Shown here: positions 20,254 through 30,300 of the stretch, in pieces
Numbering within the stretch: the stretch's first letter is position 1
Layout: every line of letters starts with the position of its first letter
Assembly (NCBI GenBank): GCA_024181965.1
Contig: BQXS01012660.1
Location: 1-39,653 of the forward strand
Source of the DNA: Aduncisulcus paluster
Taxonomy: Eukaryota
Direction: 5' to 3'
DNA length: 39,653 bases
Position numbers and translations under genes: made by a program
The notes under the pieces: generated by a model
Told to the model about the DNA's origin: nothing
Databases searched by the model: none
Seen by the model: only the letters and a program-made list of their open reading frames with translations

Positions 20254-23200
20254 CTACTTTCTTGGTCTACAGCTTGGACACATCACAAAAGGCTTCCCAC
20301 CATTATTTAATTTGTCAATCTCCTCCAGAGTATAAAATTCCTTCTTACACTTCTTACAATGTTTAGAAACGACAGTATCAAACCTGGCCTTGCATGTAGG
20401 ACAGCACACACCAACATTGATCACAGTCTTACGATCTTTAGGATTATCCAAAGATTTGTCACAGCAAGAACAGTTCATTTTCATGTCCTTACACACCTCG
20501 AAAATACCAGACACATTCATCCCCTTGGTCATATCCTTGGGCTTACGTTGTCCAGGAGTGAGAAATTCAAGCTCCTCACAAATCTTGGTACAAGCGTGAG
20601 ACATGAACCATTTCAAAATACCCGAATCATGGAAGTTTCCGTCAAGATTTGTCAAAAACTCTGGTTCCCTAGTGTGAATGACAGGNNNNNNNNNNNNNNN
20701 NNNNNCCAACATTGATCACAGTCTTACGATCTTTAGGATGATCCAAAGATTTGTCACAGCAAGAACAGTTCATTTTCATGTCCTTACACACCTCGAAAAT
20801 ACCAGACACATTCATCCCCTTGGTCATATCCTTGGGCTTACGTTGTCCAGGAGTGAGAAATTCAAGCTCCTCACAAATCTTGGTACAAGCGTGAGACATG
20901 AACCATTTCAAAATACCCGAATCATGGAAGTTTCCGTCAAGATTTGTCAAAAACTCTGGTTCCCTAGTGTGAATGACAGGATCAGTGCATATATAAGTGT
21001 TGCCAAGAGCCCAACCTTGTACATCTGTTACAAGGAACTCCTTGCATGATAAAGAATAGGAGAAGTGGGCAAACGAGTTGGGAGTAGCCTTGAATCCTTC
21101 CATGAGAGCAGAACCAGCAAGATTACCCATCCATTTCTCGAACTTAGGGAGTGGAGAGGGCGCCGATTTACCTTCAGCAGCAAAGTACATCGAAATCTGC
21201 TCAGGACCGAAATAGGGTTCAACATGAACGAAAGGGATATCAAAGCAACCAGTGGCCAACAAAAAGGCAGGAAGATATGAAATTGTCTTTCCTTCACGAG
21301 ATCCAAGAATCTTAGAGTATTCCACAGCGAAATAACCAGCAATTGATTGGGCAACAATGTCCTCAACGAAACCATCGGGAGATTGACGAGACTCAAGAGG
21401 AATAGGCACCTTGACGACCACAGGAGCCCACTCACAGCCACCGTTATTCATCATAGCCTTGAAAGCAAACCGACACTTCCCTGCCATAAAGGGTTTCTCC
21501 TGGATCCTAATAGAAACATCCCTAGAATAACAAGCATACTTATTCCCCTCGTCGTGAGTCCTTCTCCTATCTTGGAGGTACTGACACAGGTCAAAGCAAG
21601 CATCTTTCGAGTTGATAAGCTTACCAAGCACATTGTCACGCATTCCCTTCTTGACTTCCTCCTTGCTGGCCTTCCTAGCCTCTTTATCGAACATATAGTA
21701 CAAGCTCTCACATGGGACAGCACTTGTCCATCCTGGGACAGGATTATCGATCTGTTCAGTTGACAAGAAAGGATCACTGCCCTTAGCAAACCCTGTATCT
21801 CCTCCCACAGCAATAAGACCTGTATCAGGCATTGACAGACCGAGATTTCTCTCAATAACCTTCTCAGCCTCATCTTCATCATCGCTCGAAGATCCTCTCC
21901 TTCCCCTCTTCTTGCCCTTCTTCTTCTTGGAGGTGGTCTTCTTCATCATTCTCCTCTTCTTCGCAGCAGCAGCAGCCTTCGCACGAGGGTGTTTCAACAT
22001 CTCACTCTCAAGCACTGTGGCAACACTCTCAACATCGCCAACGGGATCAAGCCCACCAACAGAGAGAATGAAGCTGGACAAACGCTGAGCCTTGTGTTTT
22101 GCGCCGGATATCTGTTCCACAGAGAGGTTGTGGACAATAAGGTCGAGCTCCTCATCAGAAAGAAGCTCAGGATTCTTCTCCAACTTGGTCCACAAAACTT
22201 CATCAACTTCAACTTCCTCTTTCCCATAACGAGCTTCCTGGGCCTTTCTGGTTCCAGCGGTGGTACGACTCACAGTCTCACGCACGGAAGTTGAAAATGA
22301 CTTAAAGAATTCATCGCTCAGAGCAGATTTAGCAATGGTTGACCCACCTTCATATGTATAGGAGGCAATCTCATTCCTTCCTCCAACATCTTGCGCAAAG
22401 GGAGTATGCCACGCTTTTGGAGTATCACGGATAATAGTTGATTCAGAGTCACTCTTTTTCCTCTCATCCTCGTAGAATTCTTTGAACTTACTGAACATAA
22501 AATCGACAGAATTGTGAAGTTTGACGGTGGTGAAATCAATTCCACGTCGAGCCAACAATCTAACCATGTGTTCAATGTTTCTACCACGAGGATCACCTCC
22601 TGGGTGGTAATCTCCAAATCCAGTAGAACCAGTATATTGGCGACCATGGCATCCGGCATCGGCAATGTGAATCAAAGAACGACACACAATCTTCATCTCA
22701 GAATCGGCAGGGAGCCACGAAAGTTTGGAAAGAGCAACTTCAAATCCAGAAGCAATATCTTCAGCCCAATCAGCACCGCCTCGGGCTTCAATGCTTTTGA
22801 TATAGGCCTTCACCTCTGGAATATTGCTTGAAAAATTTTTGTATTGGATTCTGACACTGTCATCTTTACAATCGAAGTCTCTATAAGCAATAACAGCCAC
22901 CCTAATATCAAGTCCCAAGAAAACGGAAGTAGTATCATCAATAAGTTGTTGTAATATGCTATGAACAGTATCAATGTATCTCCACATACTACCCGTGGCA
23001 TCAAAAACAAATTCCACGTCGAGCCAACAATCTAACCATGTGTTCAATGTTTCTACCACGAGGATCACCTCCTGGGTGGTAATCTCCAAATCCAGTAGAA
23101 CCAGTATATTGGCGACCATGGCATCCGGCATCGGCAATGTGAATCAAAGAACGACACACAATCTTCATCTCAGAATCGGCAGGGAGCCACGAAAGTTTGG

Positions 23201-24020
23201 AAAGAGCAACTTCAAATCCAGAAGCAATATCTTCAGCCCAATCAGCACCGCCTCGGGCTTCAATGCTTTTGATATAGGCCTTCACCTCTGGAATATTGCT
23301 TGAAAAATTTTTGTATTGGATTCTGACACTGTCATCTTTACAATCGAAGTCTCTATAAGCAATAACAGCCACCCTAATATCAAGTCCCAAGAAAACGGAA
23401 GTAGTATCATCAATAAGTTGTTGTAATATGCTATGAACAGTATCAATGTATCTCCACATACTACCCGTGGCATCAAAAACAAATACAAGATCGATATTGG
23501 AGGTCATATCATCGACCTTAATAATCTTCCGAACTAAAGCATCTCCGAAACTCTTAAGGGATTCAATTGTTGCAAAGGCAGTTCCGTAACGTTTAATCCG
23601 AGATTCTCTTGCGCGTTTAATATCAGGAACGATCTCTTTTTCAACTTTTTGGAATTTAACTAAAGCAGCTTTTTGTTCATCCACAATTCTGTCAATACTA
23701 TTGATAATGGTGGCTAATTCTTCTGCTTTCTCATTTTTTTGTCGTTTCAGTACGGCCCTCGTGGAGGTGTTGGTAGTACGACGAGAGGTACTCTCCAAAT
23801 CGCTGATAAGACTTTCAAGATCTTCTTGTTCCTCCCTTAAAGCTTTCAATCGCTTGTTTTTCTTCTTCATGAAATCTTGATAATTCTTATAGAACCTCTG
23901 AACCTCACCCTCCTTTTCGCTAATTTGTGATACAATCTTTGCCAGACGTGCTTGATAATTCTCCTGGAGTAAATCAAGAGCTTTGGCATAGCGTTCACGT
24001 GAAATTTTCTTCTTTCCCAT
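20254..24020 (-). CDS. Coiled-coil + VWA + alpha-kinase (eEF2K/VwkA-like) + C-terminal Cys-rich zinc-ribbon protein; 999 aa after removing two duplications
   Basis: VWA: IDLVFVFDATGSM, VAVIAYRD, GGADWAEDI, LIHIADAGCHG. Alpha-kinase: PFMAGKCRFAF, VVVK, VEPY, FEKW.GN, FAHFSY, LVTDVQG, TDPVIH, GNF...GI..F..HACTKIC. 3767 nt minus 472 minus 295 gives exactly 3000 nt in one frame, merging ORFs 23001..24020, 20669..23137 and 20254..20712. Confidence 0.9.
20411..20980. repeat. 275-bp direct repeat flanking a 20-N gap (20686-20705), one SNP; artefact or allelic overlap
   Basis: 20411-20685 matches 20706-20980 except T20445/G20740 (LDNPK vs LDHPK). Confidence 0.9.
22538..23484. repeat. Exact tandem duplication, period 472 bp, frameshifting the VWA domain
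   Basis: 22538-23012 equals 23010-23484, with a 3-nt AAT microhomology at the junction and no N gap. Confidence 0.95.
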
Positions 24021-24305
24021 CTTTGGTTGTCAAAAGAAGTAAAAATACTCGGAAGACGGATTGAAGATTCCTCATGCTTAAAGACCACTAAAAGACAATT
24101 ATTCCATTGTTTCAAAAATACCAACAATAAATTAATGTTTTTTTCTTTTTTTTTCTAGATAAATATCACAACTTTCCCCAAGATTTCGAAATCTCCCCAT
24201 TAGGAAAATAATTCTGGCATGATCACATTATTATTAGATAAAAAAATCAACCATTAAAAAAGATACGAACTAAGATATGTAATAATTTATTTCCGTCAGA
24301 AGATA

Positions 24306-24762
24306 TTATTCAACATGCATAGCAGAGCTAAATTGAGCAGTTGCAGCCTTAATATGATCAATATCACTATGTAATTGATTTTTTTCTGCTTCCAAATCCT
24401 CACATCTCTGAGATATTTCCAACTACAAAAGAAAAGAAGGTGAGATAAAACTTCAGTGATGAAACAAAACCAAAAAATCTGACACATACAGCACTAGATA
24501 CAAAATCTTGTCTCGTGGAAGATATATCCGCCATCATAGAATCCAAAGCTGATTGAATTCCAGAAGAGAATTGGCCTAACATTTCTTCCAATTTCTTATT
24601 TTCTTGCAAAAAGGTCCTCCTCAATCCTTCCAAGGTAAAAGATGAAGATTGTGAATCAGATTGAGAACTGATGACTGGAGAATGTTCACTCTGAAGAATA
24701 CATATAAAATGGAAAAAAATAACATTCAAGATCAATGAATTAAGATTGACACATACTGACAT
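24306..24762 (-). CDS. Small coiled-coil protein (107 aa); 3 exons (24762-24757, 24690-24490, 24422-24306)
   Basis: ATG TCA|GTATGT...CAG|AGT GAA CAT... and ...GCT|GTATGT...TAG|TTG GAA ATA give MSSEHSPV...LRRTFLQENKKLEEML...FVSSALEISQRCEDLEAEKNQLHSDIDHIKAATAQFSSAMHVE*. Both introns are phase 0. Confidence 0.75.
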
Positions 24763-25173
24763 GATAACAGATGTTAATAAAAACGGATCAAAACGATAAT
24801 AATGAAAAAGAACTGAAAAGAAGACATTTTCCACCAAATAGAAACTATTGGCCAATTGAAAAACAAACTCACGTGTAGAATTTCAAAAATTGAATAAATG
24901 CAAAAAAACCAATCATTTATATCAAAATATTTGCAAATAAATTTGTTTTGAATTCGGAGATGAGCGAAATCTTAAAACCAATTGTCTCCAATTTGATATG
25001 AACAATTATGATACGAACTCATTATTATTGAATACCAATCGTTAATTTTAGTTTAAATCATTCCACAAAAAACTGTGAATGTCATTAGATCTCAAGATAA
25101 AATCAACTAGGGATTTACTTGGTATATTATCCTTTACAAAAAAAAATAAAATTGGTATATTTTGGTTCTTTGT

Positions 25174-26748
25174 CTACTCGTCTTTTGTACCCACCCTAGT
25201 CCACAATAGACTTAGTTTTTGGGCCAGAGGATCGAAAGGCTCCTCCACTTTTTTTACAGTTAAAGCTCCCTCAGTAGCTAATTCTTCCTCCATCTTCTTG
25301 AACTCGGATTCATCCACACGAGGACTCATTTCGTTCATCCTATCACTCACAGCGACAGTCTGGAACTTACTGAGTGCCTCACGAATGGCAGCAGGCCCTT
25401 TCCGAAGAAGACCACGGGGAAGACGACCACTGGCAAGTCCTTTGAGCTGAAGGATGGCCTGGTTCTCCTCTCTCAATGTCTTGGCCATTTGTTGCATCAT
25501 TGCGACTGCAGCGATCTTCTTCCGAATGACACGGATCCTCCTTGCAACAGCCTCCTTCTCTCCGCTTGCCACCTCTTCCTCCCCAAGAACCTCCTCAGAG
25601 GTGGTGTATAATGTCCGCAATAAGGTGTACATGTTCTCAACAACGAATGGGAATGACCAAGAGAGCACGTTCTGGAAAGATGGAAGAACATAGGGGTGGG
25701 GGGAAGCATCGAATGTCCTGACATGGAGATGCTTACGCCCAACATCAAGGAATGCAGCCTTATTGGCATAAAGGTCACAATAAGCAGGAGCAGAGAACAC
25801 AGTGATGCATGGAGGGAAAGCGGATCCGGGGAGCACTTTACGCATCCTGAATCCCTTTTCTTCAACTTCATGACCCCGAATAATACATAAAAGATGGTTT
25901 CTCGAGAGAAATTCCCGCATAGCAGCACGCCCGAAGAAGGAAGCCGTTCCTCTTTGAGTGTTCGGTATGAATCGAGTCGAAGAAGGGTACCCATCAGGAG
26001 CTGGGTCTGACCAGAGCAAATCATCGAGAGCTGTATCAGGTTCATATTCAACGAAACGGAAAATCTTTGAAATATCAGAGAGGGACCGGGCCTTTGGACT
26101 AATTCCACCATGAACACAAAACATCTTCTTATCAACAACAGCACAAAGTGGAAGGGAATAGAAACATTCTAAAAACATTTCATATATTTCTTCATCATAT
26201 TTACAACAAACTTCTGTACAGAAGTTAAAGTGTTTGGTCATATGGGCAGATTCATGGTTTCCACGAAGCATCATAATATGCTCGGGGTATTGAAGATACA
26301 AAAGAGCAAGAGTCAAAAAACATTCAACACCAAATGTACCTCTGTCAACATAATCACCCAAGAATAAATACTTAGCGGCGGGGCACCATTTTCCGATATC
26401 TAAAAGCTGAAGTAAATCATAGTATTGTCCATGAATATCACCCACAATACAAATTGGAGAGTTAATTTTAACAATATTTGGAAGTTCTTTAAACTTCTTG
26501 GTTGCCTGAGTGAGGATGAATTTCAAGAAATCCCTAGAGAGTCTACCTTCACGTTCAAAGTGAGCCCGAATGGCTTTCAAATCAATTTTGCTAATATCAG
26601 TTTCACATCCAGGAAAATCGGCAAGAGATAATCTCTTTTGAACAGGAAAAGGAATCTCTGAATGAACACGTTCCATCTTCCTCTGAGCATCGGATAAACC
26701 ATCGGAAGAATGCGTCTTCGAAGTTTTCCCTTTGCTTGTTGTTGGCAT
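25174..26748 (-). CDS. CNA1: Calcineurin A (Ser/Thr phosphatase 2B catalytic subunit), 524 aa
   Basis: GDIHGQ, GDYVDRG, RGNHE, HGG, DLLWSDP, RGHE, FSAPAY; calcineurin-B-binding LSWSFPFV; calmodulin-binding RVIRKKIAAVAMM; autoinhibitory-like F..V..SDRMNE.SP. An alternative in-frame ATG lies at 26820. Confidence 0.93.
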   Translation of the reverse strand: MPTTSKGKTSKTHSSDGLSDAQRKMERVHSEIPFPVQKRLSLADFPGCETDISKIDLKAIRAHFEREGRLSRDFLKFILTQATKKFKELPNIVKINSPICIVGDIHGQYYDLLQLLDIGKWCPAAKYLFLGDYVDRGTFGVECFLTLALLYLQYPEHIMMLRGNHESAHMTKHFNFCTEVCCKYDEEIYEMFLECFYSLPLCAVVDKKMFCVHGGISPKARSLSDISKIFRFVEYEPDTALDDLLWSDPAPDGYPSSTRFIPNTQRGTASFFGRAAMREFLSRNHLLCIIRGHEVEEKGFRMRKVLPGSAFPPCITVFSAPAYCDLYANKAAFLDVGRKHLHVRTFDASPHPYVLPSFQNVLSWSFPFVVENMYTLLRTLYTTSEEVLGEEEVASGEKEAVARRIRVIRKKIAAVAMMQQMAKTLREENQAILQLKGLASGRLPRGLLRKGPAAIREALSKFQTVAVSDRMNEMSPRVDESEFKKMEEELATEGALTVKKVEEPFDPLAQKLSLLWTRVGTKDE

Positions 26749-27349
26749 TTTTACAGAAAGAAAAACAAAACCCTGTTTGCTTTGATATCTGTCAGAATCA
26801 ACAAGTAAAACTATACACATTTCAATATTATTGCCTAAAATCGATATATAAATGCAAAATTCTATTTTATTGTATTATTATTCTATGTCTTCCAGCTCAA
26901 GAATCTCAGGGAATTTTTTCTCGTAAATTGAATGATAGGACTCATATCAAGATGTTATTGACGTTTTATTTGCGTATAAAGTTTGTTATTTCGAAAAATC
27001 AATGCTGAATAACTCCCCTGATTATTCGGATGAAAATGTCCAGCGGATCAAGAGCTAATCCCCTCGATCCATATTTTCGATGGTTTTTTTAAACCTCTCT
27101 CAATACTAAAATGAGAAATTTACTCTTTAATTCTTCGATATGTTCACGACTAGCCTCACAGGTGACGAAGCGTCATTTGACGCTCAAATAGTAATTAAAA
27201 TGCGGAATTAAGTTTTTCCGATTATATATTTCTGTGAATATTGGTCACATTAATATGTTTTGTATTCAAATAGGGTCCATTTCCGAACCAACGATTGACA
27301 AGTCAACTTCCATCTTGAAGTTGGGCTTAATCTTCTTTTGAGATGTATT

Positions 27350-30300
27350 ATGAATGCTTTGGAATTTCTTAATTTTGATTGTTCCTTTCGTCCCCTTATT
27401 GCCCGAAAATTATTTCGATTATTATGCCTTTTAGCAAAAACCAAGTCAATTCGGGAAGACAAAGCTTCCCAAGCCATTATTTATTCGACAAAGAACCGTT
27501 TATTGAAATGTTTAGTTCAAAATGTACATTTTAAAACCCGAATCTGGCAAAATATCCTTTCTACTTGTAGATTTTTCATCCCATCACTAAAATACTATAT
27601 ATTGGAGGCGTCAAACAATATTCAGGATGATAATTGGTTTGTTCATTATAAAATTAGGGTTGTTGGTCAAATTACGGATGGCTTGTCTCGTCTTGATTCT
27701 CAATATATTGCAACGGAAGAGTTAGAAAGAATTTTACCTATTATTCCCGATAATTTGAAATTTAATGAATTATTATCTGTAGTTCAAGGGGATATAATTC
27801 TCTTATCATTTTTATTGGACAATTTTCCCGATATTTCTCGGATGCTCTTCTCTCCTCATCCCTCTTCTGGGAATTTTATTCGTCGTTACATCATTGGAGT
27901 ATTTTCAAGGCTATTCCCCTTACGAAATATTTCTTCCCTTTCAAAACTTATATCTGATCTCCAATCTATTTCAAAATATCGATTGTATATCCCAATTTTC
28001 ACTGGAGAAATACAGAAGTATATCACTACTAGCGACGTTTCCTTCCATTTATTGTGTTTTTTATTCTGCATTTTGAATGATTTTGAATTGATTCAAGAAT
28101 TATTTCGCTCCAATGGTTCTTCAAAAAAGCAAGGAATTGTTCCTATCAAAGCAGTGTATTCTTTTCCGAACATTTCAATTTCTTTCGTTCTTTCACAGAT
28201 TGAAATATTTTTTAGAATATTTAAAATGTATCGAACGAATAGAAAGCTTACTATCAGTCTTTCTGCCCTTGCAAATCTCTGCGATCAGATATTGTTCTTA
28301 ATCGAATTTCATGAAAATTCTTTTCTATTGCCCAAATTTCTTACTGAAGCCTCACGGCATCTTCTTGAGAAAGAAGGAGTTTCCTTTGCAAAACGTAAAG
28401 TGATATGTTGTTGTTTATTTCAGGGTTTGATTCTTCACCAGATTTGGTTCAATAATTCTTTAAAATTCAGTGATGACAATGTAATTAAACAAATTGATGA
28501 ATACATCTGGTCCACGCTCCAACTGGTTCCTCCCAATCCAAAGAAATATCTTGACACGGACTTCCAGCGACAATGTATCACTCCCCTCTTTCTGATGTTG
28601 GATTATCTTGATCTTGTTCTCTTGTATTATTGTTTCCTTGGTATGTTATGGAAAGAATTGCGCAAAGAACAGTCATATTCGATCGAATCAGAACAGATAT
28701 TTGTGATATCCAATTATGTTAGACTCGTATTTATCCAAATCGCCATCAAATCTCTTGTTTTGGGAAGAAGAAGTCTTTTTTTCTTCCACACATTTTATAT
28801 TTCGGCCCTTACTTTGCTCGAACTTCAGATAAATTATGTTCCTTCGCTTGAAAAGAGAAGAAAAAGAGCTTGTAATGTCGATAAAATCCCAATATCCGAG
28901 GAGAAGAGTTCATTTGGAAGAGCCTCTGGCCTTTCCATTGAATACGATGATTTTGTTAGTTTGATAGATCATTTTATACAAGACTTGGCCCTTTCTTTCG
29001 TTCTATATGTGGCATTTTCTTCTGATCATAAAGGAGTTTGTTTTCTTCTCAAATTCTTCTACCTTGTTCGACAATCATTTGTTTCTGCCTTTATTATACC
29101 ATTTTCAAGATTTTGTGACTTTGTTTCCTGTTTTCCAACATCTTTTTTTTCTGTCATTTTCGGTCGATCTTTGACCTTAAACAATAATTTCTTGGCATTG
29201 TTCTACCTCCTTTTTTCGAATAGATTGAAGGAAAAAGGATCTATTCCAAACAAAAAGTTAATTAGTTCCCATTTTTCGATGAATTATTCCATTGGAACTC
29301 TATGTGAGAGCTATTTCGAGAAATATGATGTTTTTGATCGTTTTCCTGAAATGTTGTCAAATACGTACTATTGTACATGTGGAAATTACTCCATATTTCC
29401 TCATTTTATGTTGTGTATCTCACATAACAATTCTGATTGTTTTATGACACGAACATTCAATGTTCGTATGAATCCCTCAACAAATTCATGCGTTGATGAG
29501 ATTCTTAAAACGTCATGCTTTGCCTCATGTTCAGAGGATATTTTATTGTTTTCTCTGAGGAATATTTGCTGCTCAAGACAGTTTTGTCTACAAGTTCTTT
29601 CAGAGTTCTTATTTCGAGCACGTCTCAATTCTTCTCACTTGAAGCTATTACTTGTTGAAAAACCTGTTGAACTATTCCTTGATTCAACCATTCATGAGGC
29701 CATCCGTTCATTAACTTCATTTTCTGAATCTATTATGAATCGATGCCGTTCTCATTGTGCCAAAGTATTCTATGGAAGACATTTCAACTCTTTTCTCATA
29801 CCCACCGTATTGATATTCCAAATGAGTTCACAATTCAAGTGTAATGAAACCATTGGCAGTGAATGTTCAGGCGGAAAGAGGAAATTAAGCCTCACATGTC
29901 ACCCCTTCCTGAAAAAAGTAGAAATTCATGTGAACGATCTGTTTTCAAGAATAGATGCATTCCGAAAAACTAGCTTCGGATTCTATTCAAAATTAGGAGA
30001 TATTACAAATTTTTATCCATTTGAAGAGGAGGAATATTTAGAGCTGAATATATTTCAAAATCCATTTTTACAGTATAAATCGATTTCCCAGACAATTATT
30101 TTGCATGAATTAACCCATTTCTGCACAATTAAGGGAATTTCTGGCGAATATTGTCTTCGTTCCCCATTTATGTTGGATCAAGCATTCGCCTATGTTTTTA
30201 GAAACTTGTACTGTCAGCTTAACACTATATGTAATATTCTTGTGCGATATATTTCACAGCAAATCCCTCTAATTAAATCCGGATTTAGTGATTTTATTTC

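Noticed and set aside
22318-23137. Repeated peptide MPMPDAMVANILVLLDLE... appearing as separate ORF starts
   Set aside because: Alternative-frame reading of the duplicated VWA segment, created by the 472-bp duplication.
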